Part shown: piece after piece, positions 28,978-38,240 of the stretch | Position numbering within the stretch: the stretch's first letter is position 1 | Layout of the letters: each line of letters begins with the position of its first letter | NCBI GenBank assembly: GCA_964355275.1 | Contig: CAYHCB010000004.1 | Location: forward strand, 22,615 to 86,614 | Direction of reading: 5' to 3' | Length of the DNA: 64,000 nt | Source: an uncultured Gammaproteobacteria bacterium | GTDB lineage: Bacteria > Patescibacteriota > Patescibacteriia > Patescibacteriales > UBA12465 | The notes under the pieces: model-generated | What the model was told of the DNA's origin: nothing | The model's input: only the letters and a program-made list of their open reading frames with translations | The model's database searches: none | Made by a program: the position numbers and the translations under genes

Positions 28978-29048
28978 TTATCTACGTTTTAATTAAAACT
29001 AAACCGTCTCTTTTGAAGACGGTTTTTTGAAGATTTACTCATTTATAA

Positions 29049-29498
29049 CTATTTAGTTTTAAAGTAGTCAAAAAGAGTTTCGTCGTGGATGTCGCTTAAT
29101 ATATCACCAAGCTTTTTAAATTGACTGATGTCGTGGTGTGGTTTTTGCAAAAAGAAGACTTTCATATTTTTATTTTCTTCTTTTAACTTTACGATGATTT
29201 TAAGCAGAGAATGTTCGGCGGCTTCCCAGTGCATACTATCATCGTTTATATCCATGTTCCATGCTCCTCCGCAGATTATAATGTCAGCCTGACTAAGTCG
29301 CCTTAAAAGCATTTTTCTTTCATCGTGGATGAATCCGCCGTGGAAATGCCATTTTAGATTAAGCTCCGACTTAATTTTTTTTTGGGCCTTTTTAAATATC
29401 GGGCCGTCTATTCCGTAAAAATTATTTTTACGCGAACCGTCTGGAAAGTCGTTATGCCAAAAGACAACGCGCAATTCCTTTTTTCTATTTTCTTCCAT
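29049..29498 (-). CDS. Hypothetical protein
   Basis: 149 aa and soluble. I recognise no motif. Confidence 0.45.
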   Translation of the reverse strand: MEENRKKELRVVFWHNDFPDGSRKNNFYGIDGPIFKKAQKKIKSELNLKWHFHGGFIHDERKMLLRRLSQADIIICGGAWNMDINDDSMHWEAAEHSLLKIIVKLKEENKNMKVFFLQKPHHDISQFKKLGDILSDIHDETLFDYFKTK

Positions 29499-29648
29499 CT
29501 TTGTTTAATTTGTTGGCCTAAATTATATTATTATTGTTGATATTTGTCAAGATAGGAGCCATTTAATTTATTAATCCTTAGTGTTTATTTTTTTATTTGA
29601 ATAAAAAAACTATAAAAGATAAGGCATTTTTGGTATACTAGTAAACAT

Positions 29649-30449
29649 ATGAAAAATGTAAAAAAAATTGGCTTAGCTTTAGGCAGCGGTGGATTTAGAG
29701 GTTTTGCCTTGATTGGTGTTTTGCAGGCTTTAGATGAAAATAAGATTCCGATTGATTTTATAAGCGGGGCATCGATTGGTTCATTGGTGGCGGCCCATTA
29801 TGCGGTTTTTAAAGATTTAGATTTACTAAAAGAGGATATAGTGGGTAACTCTAAAAATAAATTACCTTCAATTTTTGATTTAGGCTTTAGGGGTGGATTT
29901 GTAAAAGGTGATAAATTTGAAAATTTAGTAACCCGAGTTATCGGTGAACACACTTTTTCTGAGACAAAAATACCGCTTAGGGTTATGACTACAGATTTAA
30001 ATAATGGGCAGGCTTATGTTTTTAAGGATGGAAAAATATCATTTAGTGTAAGAGCTAGTTGCACGGTGCCAGTTTTGTTTGAGCCGATTAAGATGAACGG
30101 ACATTATTTTGTAGATGGTGGGCTTAGTGACCCTGTGCCAGTTGAAACTTTAAAAGAGTTGGGGGCTGATATTGTTATTGCAGTTAATCTTTATCACAAA
30201 AATGAATTTATAGATAAACGTTTTAATTTAGCCAGAGTGGCGTTAAGAAGCACCCGTATTGTCCTTTATAATTTAGCCCAATCATCTATAAAATCAGCCG
30301 ACATTGTTATTTCTCCGGATGTATCGGCGTTTGTGCAGGTTAATGATTTAAAAAAATACTTAGATAAAAAGGTTATTGAAAAGATGATAAGTGTTGGTTA
30401 TAAGGAAACGATGAAAAATATGCAGGCGATTAAAAAGAAATTACAGTAA
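29649..30449 (+). CDS. Patatin-like phospholipase
   Basis: 266 aa with the oxyanion motif GSGGFRG, the nucleophile GASIGS (GxSxG) and the catalytic Asp in VDGGLSD. Confidence 0.85.
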   Translation: MKNVKKIGLALGSGGFRGFALIGVLQALDENKIPIDFISGASIGSLVAAHYAVFKDLDLLKEDIVGNSKNKLPSIFDLGFRGGFVKGDKFENLVTRVIGEHTFSETKIPLRVMTTDLNNGQAYVFKDGKISFSVRASCTVPVLFEPIKMNGHYFVDGGLSDPVPVETLKELGADIVIAVNLYHKNEFIDKRFNLARVALRSTRIVLYNLAQSSIKSADIVISPDVSAFVQVNDLKKYLDKKVIEKMISVGYKETMKNMQAIKKKLQ

Positions 30450-30452
30450 TTT

Positions 30453-31490
30453 ATGAAATATCGTTTTTATACTACATCAAAAAAAGCTTGGGATGGAATG
30501 TTTAAGTCTATTTCCGAGGCGACTAAATCAATATATATAGAAATGTATATTTTTTTAGATGATACAAAAATAACTCATGATTTTTTAGGGATGTTAAAAA
30601 ATAAAGCTCGCGCCGGCATTGAAGTCGTTATTATTGCTGATTATTATGGTAGTTATTATTTGAAAACAGCAGCTATTAATGAACTTAAAGAAGCTGGGGT
30701 GGAGTTTATTTTTTTTAGTCATTGGTTACGCCATACCCATCGAAAATTTTTAATTATTGATAATAAAACTGCTTTTTTAGGGGGAGTAAATATTGAAGAA
30801 AAAATTCGTGATTGGCGTGATCTCCAAATTAAATTACAGGGACAAATTGTTAAGCCAATTATTAAGTCATTTGCTTACGCCTATAAAATGTCTGGCGGTA
30901 AAAAAATTTCAATTCTAAAATATAATAGTTATTCTTTTACTAAGAAACTAAAAAGTTGGTTAATTGATAATTGGTCAAATACTCAGCACTCTTATTATTT
31001 AAATAATTACTACCGAGTTAAAATTATTGAGGCTAAACGATCTATTCAAATAGTAACTCCTTATTTGTTGCCACCACGTTGGTTGTTAGCTTTGCTTGAT
31101 AACGCCGTGCGTCGCGGAATAAACGTAGAAATTATTATGCCTCGGATTACCGATCTAAAATCTCTTAATAAAATTAATTATTTAAATTCTTGTCGTTTAT
31201 CTGCTCTTGGCGTGAAGTGTTATTTTATGCCAGTTATGACTCACGCTAAACTTATGTTAGTAGATAAAGAAGAGGGTGTTATTGGATCTCAAAATCTGGA
31301 TGTTCTTTCTTTTGGATTAAATGTTGAAGCGGGAATATTTTTTAGACAAAAGGATATTATAAATAGCCTTAGTCATTTGATTGAAAAATGGAAAAATGAA
31401 GCATTTTTATTTATACCGAAGGACCAAAAGATACTTTTTTTGGATCGTTTTTTAATTTCAATTTTTAAATTCTTCTATCCAATTTTTTAG
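30453..31490 (+). CDS. Phospholipase D-family protein (cardiolipin synthase-like, two HKD motifs)
   Basis: 345 aa with HRKFLIIDNKTAFLGGVNI and HAKLMLVDKEEGVIGSQNL. No TM segment. Confidence 0.8.
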   Translation: MKYRFYTTSKKAWDGMFKSISEATKSIYIEMYIFLDDTKITHDFLGMLKNKARAGIEVVIIADYYGSYYLKTAAINELKEAGVEFIFFSHWLRHTHRKFLIIDNKTAFLGGVNIEEKIRDWRDLQIKLQGQIVKPIIKSFAYAYKMSGGKKISILKYNSYSFTKKLKSWLIDNWSNTQHSYYLNNYYRVKIIEAKRSIQIVTPYLLPPRWLLALLDNAVRRGINVEIIMPRITDLKSLNKINYLNSCRLSALGVKCYFMPVMTHAKLMLVDKEEGVIGSQNLDVLSFGLNVEAGIFFRQKDIINSLSHLIEKWKNEAFLFIPKDQKILFLDRFLISIFKFFYPIF

Positions 31491-31597
31491 CCTATTTTTT
31501 AGCCTATTTTGAGCCCCAATAAGTTAATTATTAGGGGCTTGTTTTTTTGATAGTTTTAAGCTATTATGTAGGCTAACTTATATTATTTTAAAATAAA

Positions 31598-34078
31598 ATG
31601 TCATCCGATTTTATAAAAATTCGCGGAGCTCGCGCTAACAATTTAAAGAACGTAAATCTTGATATTCCTCGTAATAAGCTAGTGGTAATTACCGGATTAT
31701 CAGGATCAGGTAAATCGTCTTTAGCATTTGATACTATTTACGCTGAAGGACAACGCCGCTATGTTGAATCTTTATCTTCTTATGCTCGGCAGTTTGTTGG
31801 TTTAATGGATAAGCCAGATGTTGATATTATTGAAGGACTATCTCCGGCTATATCAATCGATCAACGTACAGTAGGTAGTAATCCCCGTTCAACGGTAGGA
31901 ACAATTACCGAAATTTATGATTATTTTCGTCTTCTCTATGCTAAGGCTGGTGTGCCTCATTGCCCAAATTGTAAAAGTAAACTAAAAAAAGAAAATATTG
32001 CTACAGAGAATGGTAAAAAAAATCAGGAAATAAAAGATAAGACACTTTTTTATGTTTGTTCTTCTTGTTCTTTTAAGAGAACTGAGCTTGAACCAAGGGA
32101 TTTCTCCTTTAATTCAAGTTATGGCGCCTGTTCTTCTTGTGGCGGATTGGGGACTAAACTAGAAATTGATGAGTTATTAATTTTTAATAACAATTTAAGT
32201 ATTAATCAGGGGGCCATTAAATCTTTAGCTCACACCAATTCTAATAATCAATCTTGCTTGTTATCCGATTTAAAAAAATTAGCAGAGCGTCATGATTTTA
32301 ATTTAGACCTTCCTATTAAATCTTTAAATATTAATCAGAAGAAGGTTTTATTATGGGGTGATGATTTTTTTAATGGTTTGGTGGATTATTTGATGTCTAG
32401 ATATAGCGCCACTAAATCTAATTTTGTAAAACAAGAAATTGAAAAAATAATGCATTTATCCGTTTGTTCAGATTGTCATGGTACCAGACTGCGACCAGAA
32501 GCTTTAGCCGTTAAAGTATGTAATTATAATATTTATGATTTAGCTAATTTAAATATTTTAAAATTAAAAGATATTTTTCAGGAATGGCAGTTGAATGATA
32601 AAAGTTTTAATGGTAAGGCGATTGTCGTTATTCCGATTATAAAAGAGATTGTAAAAAATTTAGAATTTTTATCAAAAGTGGGATTAGATTATCTTACTTT
32701 GTCTCGTGGAGCGGCTAGCTTATCTGGTGGTGAAGCGCAACGTATTAGATTAGCGACTCAGGTTGGCTCTACTTTAAGTGGGGTCTTATATGTTTTAGAT
32801 GAACCTTCTATTGGCTTGCATCAAAGAGATAACGATAAATTAATTGAAACGCTTAAGCGTTTACGTGATAATGGTAATACGGTTATTGTTGTTGAGCACG
32901 ACGAAACTACGATGTTGGCAGCTGATCATTTAATTGATATGGGTCCGGGTGCTGGGGAATATGGTGGAGAAGTAATTTTTTCTGGGAAACCTGAAGAGAT
33001 AAAAAATTGCCCAGAGTCTTTAACTGGTGATTATTTAGCTAAAAGAAAAACTATTAAGATTAGAGGGATTGCTAGAAAAGACAGTAATCGATCAATAAAA
33101 ATTATTGGTGCCTGTGAGCATAATTTAAAAAATATTGATGTTAATATTCCACTAGGTAAACTAGTCGCAATAACTGGCGTTTCTGGCTCCGGTAAATCTA
33201 CTTTAATGAGCGATATTTTAGCTAATGCACTCAATAAAAAGTTTTATAGAGCTAAACTTGAACCCGGAAAACATCAAGAAATTAAAGGATTGGAAAATAT
33301 AGATAAGGTAATTGATATTGATCAGTCACCAATTGGTCGCACACCGCGTTCTAATCCAGCCACCTACACTGGCCTATTTACTTATATTAGAGACTTATAT
33401 GCTAGTTTGCCGGAAGCCAAGATGAAGGGCTTAGAAGCCGGACATTTTTCTTTTAATGTTCCTGGTGGCCGTTGTGAAAATTGTTCAGGCGATGGTGTTA
33501 TTAAAGTAGAGATGCAATTTTTATCTGATGTTTATTTAACTTGCGACGTTTGTAATGCTCAACGCTTTAAACCTCGTGTTTTAGCTGTAACCTACCAAGG
33601 AAAAAATATTTATGAAGTATTAAATATGACAGTTAAAGAGGCAATGTCTTTTTTTAGGGATCAATCAGCTTTATATCATAAATTGGAAACACTTCATCAA
33701 GTTGGATTGGGTTATATTAGGTTAGGTCAAGCGGCAACTACTTTTTCTGGTGGCGAAGCTCAAAGAATAAAATTAGCCACCGAACTGTCACGTCGGGCAA
33801 CCGGTAAGACTTTATATATTTTAGATGAACCAACGACCGGACTACATTTTGCCGATATTGATAGATTGCTCCATGTTTTAAATTTGTTAGTTGATCAAGG
33901 TAATTCGGTATTAATTATTGAACATAATTTAGATGTTATAAAGGCAGTAGATTGGATTATTGATATGGGGCCTGGTGGCGGAGATAGCGGCGGAAGAGTT
34001 GTAGCCGAAGGTACGCCAGCTCAAGTATCTAAAATAAAGGAATCCTATACTGGTCAGTATTTGAAAAAAATAATATAA
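31598..34078 (+). CDS. uvrA: Excinuclease ABC subunit A, short form lacking the UvrB-binding domain
   Basis: 826 aa with two ABC modules ([18 protein letters not shown]) and two LSGGE signatures. The zinc motifs CPNC/CSSC are only 28 aa apart. Confidence 0.85.
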   Translation: MSSDFIKIRGARANNLKNVNLDIPRNKLVVITGLSGSGKSSLAFDTIYAEGQRRYVESLSSYARQFVGLMDKPDVDIIEGLSPAISIDQRTVGSNPRSTVGTITEIYDYFRLLYAKAGVPHCPNCKSKLKKENIATENGKKNQEIKDKTLFYVCSSCSFKRTELEPRDFSFNSSYGACSSCGGLGTKLEIDELLIFNNNLSINQGAIKSLAHTNSNNQSCLLSDLKKLAERHDFNLDLPIKSLNINQKKVLLWGDDFFNGLVDYLMSRYSATKSNFVKQEIEKIMHLSVCSDCHGTRLRPEALAVKVCNYNIYDLANLNILKLKDIFQEWQLNDKSFNGKAIVVIPIIKEIVKNLEFLSKVGLDYLTLSRGAASLSGGEAQRIRLATQVGSTLSGVLYVLDEPSIGLHQRDNDKLIETLKRLRDNGNTVIVVEHDETTMLAADHLIDMGPGAGEYGGEVIFSGKPEEIKNCPESLTGDYLAKRKTIKIRGIARKDSNRSIKIIGACEHNLKNIDVNIPLGKLVAITGVSGSGKSTLMSDILANALNKKFYRAKLEPGKHQEIKGLENIDKVIDIDQSPIGRTPRSNPATYTGLFTYIRDLYASLPEAKMKGLEAGHFSFNVPGGRCENCSGDGVIKVEMQFLSDVYLTCDVCNAQRFKPRVLAVTYQGKNIYEVLNMTVKEAMSFFRDQSALYHKLETLHQVGLGYIRLGQAATTFSGGEAQRIKLATELSRRATGKTLYILDEPTTGLHFADIDRLLHVLNLLVDQGNSVLIIEHNLDVIKAVDWIIDMGPGGGDSGGRVVAEGTPAQVSKIKESYTGQYLKKII

Positions 34079-34108
34079 AAAAGTCACCCCGATTGGGGTG
34101 ACTTTTTA
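34077..34108. terminator. Bidirectional rho-independent terminator
   Basis: Stem AGTCACCCC / GGGGTGACT flanked by A- and T-runs. Confidence 0.8.
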
Positions 34109-34127
34109 TTAATAAAAAATTATACTT

Positions 34128-34622
34128 TTATATAATTTCTAGTATTTTTAATTCTAGTTCACCGGTTTTAGTATTAAGTATCGCAAATGAAGATTTACTA
34201 AAAACTTCACTTAGTGTTCCGGGGTTAGCAATAATTAAACCATCTTCTTTTAGTAACCAGGGTTTATGAGTGTGACCATGGAAAGCAAAATCAAAATTAT
34301 GATTAATGGCTAATATTTTTTTTAAATCACTTGGTTTGTGAATTATTAATATTTTTTGATTATCAATTTCTATTTCCAATTTGTCTTTATCGTAAATTAA
34401 ATTCTTAATTTTTTTAGTATCTGTAAGATGAAATGAGTCTGCATTACCACCAACTAAAAATATCTCACCGGAAAAATTAGTAGTAAGATATTCTAAGGTG
34501 TCTGTGTTACTTAAATCGCCGCAGAAAATAAGTTTTGGTATTTTATATTTTTTTACCCACGATAAAAATATTTTTAGGTTAGGTATATTGTCGTGAAGAT
34601 CAGAAAAAATAGCTATTTTCAT
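34128..34622 (-). CDS. YfcE/MJ0936-family metallophosphoesterase
   Basis: 164 aa with MKIAIFSDLHDN, CGD, GNAD and GHTH motifs. Confidence 0.8.
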   Translation of the reverse strand: MKIAIFSDLHDNIPNLKIFLSWVKKYKIPKLIFCGDLSNTDTLEYLTTNFSGEIFLVGGNADSFHLTDTKKIKNLIYDKDKLEIEIDNQKILIIHKPSDLKKILAINHNFDFAFHGHTHKPWLLKEDGLIIANPGTLSEVFSKSSFAILNTKTGELELKILEII

Positions 34623-35194
34623 TTACTTGTTTTTAATTTTATTTCGTAAGCCATTTGTTCTAATTTGCGAAGGTGCCCTTTGGCTTGATCATACTTAGTT
34701 CGAAGATAGCCGGTCATATCAAAATCAATTAATTGATCCATTATGTCGTTAGATAATTTTTTGATAATTTCTACTTGTTCGAAATTTCCAGTTGCCGCCT
34801 CATTGGTCGCACGTCTTACAAGTTCGCCAAGTAAATCACAAATACCGCCTAAATAGGCATCATTATCTAATTTTAATTTTTTTATTTTATCAATTTTTTC
34901 ACCTTTTATAACAAAAGATAATAATTTAGCTTCAACATATTCCTCAACAGCTGCTCGGTATGCCCCCTCTTTTTCGATTCTTTTTAAGCTAAATTTTTTT
35001 TCAAGTTGCAGAAGTGTTGCTTCCATTTCTTTTAATTTAGCATCAGCAATTTTTATCTCATTACGGTGTAAAGCAAAAATAGCTTTTTTAGAATGAAATA
35101 ATACATCGTTAGCTAGAGAGATAATTTGTCTACGCTGACCCTCCTGGTCTTTATAATTTTTTTTCAGTTCGGTGATAAACTTATGATTAATCAT
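34619..35194 (-). CDS. Translin-family protein
   Basis: 191 aa and all-helical. YLGGICDLLGELVRRA and C-terminal LRTKYDQAKGHLRKLEQMAYEI resemble the translin/TRAX blocks (compare LRKRYDGLKYDVKKVEEVVYDL in human translin, from memory). Confidence 0.55.
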   Translation of the reverse strand: MINHKFITELKKNYKDQEGQRRQIISLANDVLFHSKKAIFALHRNEIKIADAKLKEMEATLLQLEKKFSLKRIEKEGAYRAAVEEYVEAKLLSFVIKGEKIDKIKKLKLDNDAYLGGICDLLGELVRRATNEAATGNFEQVEIIKKLSNDIMDQLIDFDMTGYLRTKYDQAKGHLRKLEQMAYEIKLKTSK

Positions 35195-35209
35195 ATTATA
35201 TTTTTAAAT

Positions 35210-38200
35210 TTAAATAACCCGAAAAATTTCGTCTAAACTTGTTTCTCCTGCTAAAGCTTTTAGAATCCCATCGGCAACGATAGTAACGGTGCCATTTTTT
35301 ATGGCCGCTTGTTCTATTTCGTAATCTGTAATATTAGGATTTTGTATTAATTTTTGTATTTCAGGAGTTACGGTAATAGTTTCGTATAATCCAACTCTAC
35401 CTTTATATCCAATGTTGCCACACTTATCACAACCAGTGCTTGTAAAGAAATTTAAATCGCTGGGAATAACTAATAGTGGGTTATTAATTTGGCTTAAAAT
35501 ATTTTTTACTTTATTTATTGTTTCTTCGTCTGTGGTTGCCGGTTTTTTACAATAAGGACAGAGACGACGAACTAATCTTTGGCCGATTGAGAATTCTAAA
35601 GAATTAGCCAGGGCTTGTCTTTCGACTCCTAATCCAGAAAAACGAGAAATTGCCCCCGCGGCACTATTAGCATGAATAGTAGATAACACCAAGTGACCGG
35701 TAGAAGCCGCCTCAATCGCAATTTTAGCTGTTTCATTATCACGGATTTCACCAATCATCATAATATTTGGATTTTGGCGGAGTAAAGAACGCATTGCTGA
35801 AGCAAAAGTGTAGCCGTGCTCGCTGTCTATTTGAGTTTGCATGACTCCCGCTAATTGATATTCAATAGGATCTTCAACAGTAATTATTTTAACATCAGGT
35901 TTATTTATTTTATTTAAAATACTATATAAGGTTGTAGTTTTTCCTGATCCAGTTGGACCGGTAGTGATAATAATTCCTTTAGTTTTTTTAATAGCCTCTT
36001 GAAGAGATTTTAAGGCAACTGAAGTAATACCTAGCGTTTCCATATTTAAATTAGCCGCGGAAGTGCTAAGCAAACGAATAACGATTGTCTCTCCATAGCC
36101 ACCAGAAATAATAGACAAACGACAGTCCATTTTTTTATCAACTAAACGTAAACTAAAACGACCATCTAAGGTTGCTATTTTTATATTAGTGGCAAAACCG
36201 GCTAGTATTTTCATTTCCGAGAGAACTGGTAGATAAGCGGTTGTTGGTAGATTTAAGACATCATGCAACACACCATCAATACGGAAACGAACTTTAACAT
36301 CAGATTCACTTGGTTCAATGTGAATATCTCCAGCATTACTTTGAATAGCTAGAGACATGATTAAGGTAATAATTTCTTTAGACGGGATATTATTTACTAG
36401 CTCAGACATTTGTTTAACATCTTGGCTTATTGTAGCGGCCCTGGTTAGATCTTCATTACTAATATTTAAGCCACGACCGATAGTTTGGGAAACCACAATA
36501 TCATAAAGTTCATTGATATAATCGAAGTTACCAATTACGCGATAAACCTCTTCTAGTGACGTGATACCGTCAAAACACTTAAGAACGCCATCTTGTAACA
36601 TAGTAATCATGCCATTTTCAATGGCCTGCTGTAAAATTTTAAACGAGGGAGCCTTATCAATCGTTAGTTGTTTTAGATTATCAACCATCGTAAAAATTTC
36701 ATAAATACCAAGACGACCCTTGTAGCTTGTATAATTACAACTTGGGCAACCGGGACCAGCCTGATAAAGAGTTGGTAAATTATGAGGTATATTCACTCCT
36801 GATTTAGGAGAAACAACGGCTAATATTTTATCAACTTGAGCCTTTTCTTCGATATTTAAAATATGTGTAGTGCGGCAATTAGTGCATAAACGACGCACTA
36901 AACGTTGTCCAATAACAGCGTTAATAGAAGGGACTAAGAAATAAGGTTTAACCCCAAGATCTATAAGGCGAGGAATAACGCCAGCGGCGTCATTAGTGTG
37001 TAAAGTCGATAGTACCAAGTGTCCGGTTATTGAAGCTTGTACAGCTATTTCGGCAGTTTCAAGATCACGAATTTCACCGATCATTAAAACATTAGGATCT
37101 TGACGTAAAATTGAACGTAAGCCATCAGAAAAAGAGTAACCTTTTTTTGTGTCAACTTGACTTTGATTAATTCCGGTAAGCTGATATTCAATTGGATCCT
37201 CTAAAGTGATAATTTTGGTCCCTGGTTTATTTAATTTATTTAAAATAGCATATAGCGAGGTAGTTTTTCCTGATCCAGTTGGCCCAGTTGTTAAAATTAA
37301 ACCATTTGGTTTAGCTATTTCTCTTTTTAAAATTTCAAAAACTTCATTTCTAATTCCTAATTTTTCAAATTCTAAAGAAGCGGCTGATGAGTCAAGCAGA
37401 CGCATTACTACACTTTCACCATAGGCGGTGGGTAAAAAAGAGGAACGAACATCAAGCTTTCTATCAGACAAAGCAATGCTATAACGACCATCTTGAGGTT
37501 TATCGGTTATATTAATTTTTACCTTAGCTAATATTTTTATACGAGTGGCAATCTTTTGCCACTTACCGCCAGTTATAACGGCTGCCTCCTGAAGTACGCC
37601 ATCAATTCGTAAACGGATGACAGCTCCTTTTTCTTCAGCTTCAATATGGATATCACTAGCGCCAACTTTAATCGCCGTAGCCAGCATTAAAGTAACCACA
37701 TCAGAAATACTTACCTCATTAATTTTTTGATTAAGTAAGTGATAATCAGTTAACTCCTCTTTAAATTGGTTTAATTTTTCTTCGCTTATTTCTACTAAAC
37801 CTTTATATTGCTTAACTTTAGGTAGCGTCTTATAAAGATCAAAAGCATGATTAAGACTCTCTTCGGAAATTAAAAAAACTGATCCTTTGGCAAAATATCT
37901 GTCAGCTAATTCGTCGGTTAAATCTATAACAGTTTGGTTTATGACGGTGGCTCCAAATTGAATCCCGGTGCCATCATAATAAAAACAAACCAATTTTAAA
38001 TCATTGGCTGTTTCTTCGTCAATTAAACCTAAGGCTTCAGGGCTGATAGGAAAGCCAACTAAACTAATATAAGGCAAGTTTTGCGCTCTTGCCTTAGATT
38101 CAGTTGATCTTTCAATTTCTTTAGCCTTTATTTCGGCTTGCTTTTTAGAAAATTTATCTAAAATTGAGCCCTCCTCAGGTAAATCATCATGAATTAAATT

Positions 38201-38224
38201 ATCAATAGAGGCTAAATCACTCAT
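35210..38224 (-). CDS. Tandem-duplicated PilB/GspE-type secretion ATPase (two complete ATPase modules in one polypeptide)
   Basis: 1004 aa. An N-terminal GSPII/MshEN-like domain is followed by two N2+CTD modules. Each module has Walker A GPTGSGKTT (aa 314 and 755), E-DPIEYQL, MIGEIRD, TGHLVLST-H and a 4-Cys cluster. Confidence 0.85.
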   Translation of the reverse strand: MSDLASIDNLIHDDLPEEGSILDKFSKKQAEIKAKEIERSTESKARAQNLPYISLVGFPISPEALGLIDEETANDLKLVCFYYDGTGIQFGATVINQTVIDLTDELADRYFAKGSVFLISEESLNHAFDLYKTLPKVKQYKGLVEISEEKLNQFKEELTDYHLLNQKINEVSISDVVTLMLATAIKVGASDIHIEAEEKGAVIRLRIDGVLQEAAVITGGKWQKIATRIKILAKVKINITDKPQDGRYSIALSDRKLDVRSSFLPTAYGESVVMRLLDSSAASLEFEKLGIRNEVFEILKREIAKPNGLILTTGPTGSGKTTSLYAILNKLNKPGTKIITLEDPIEYQLTGINQSQVDTKKGYSFSDGLRSILRQDPNVLMIGEIRDLETAEIAVQASITGHLVLSTLHTNDAAGVIPRLIDLGVKPYFLVPSINAVIGQRLVRRLCTNCRTTHILNIEEKAQVDKILAVVSPKSGVNIPHNLPTLYQAGPGCPSCNYTSYKGRLGIYEIFTMVDNLKQLTIDKAPSFKILQQAIENGMITMLQDGVLKCFDGITSLEEVYRVIGNFDYINELYDIVVSQTIGRGLNISNEDLTRAATISQDVKQMSELVNNIPSKEIITLIMSLAIQSNAGDIHIEPSESDVKVRFRIDGVLHDVLNLPTTAYLPVLSEMKILAGFATNIKIATLDGRFSLRLVDKKMDCRLSIISGGYGETIVIRLLSTSAANLNMETLGITSVALKSLQEAIKKTKGIIITTGPTGSGKTTTLYSILNKINKPDVKIITVEDPIEYQLAGVMQTQIDSEHGYTFASAMRSLLRQNPNIMMIGEIRDNETAKIAIEAASTGHLVLSTIHANSAAGAISRFSGLGVERQALANSLEFSIGQRLVRRLCPYCKKPATTDEETINKVKNILSQINNPLLVIPSDLNFFTSTGCDKCGNIGYKGRVGLYETITVTPEIQKLIQNPNITDYEIEQAAIKNGTVTIVADGILKALAGETSLDEIFRVI
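35213..37711 (-). repeat. Intragenic duplication: ATPase module 1 (36530-37711) and module 2 (35213-36385)
   Basis: The protein-level repeat has a period of about 441 aa and is colinear across all conserved boxes. Confidence 0.85.
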
Positions 38225-38240
38225 AGTCAGAAATTTATGA

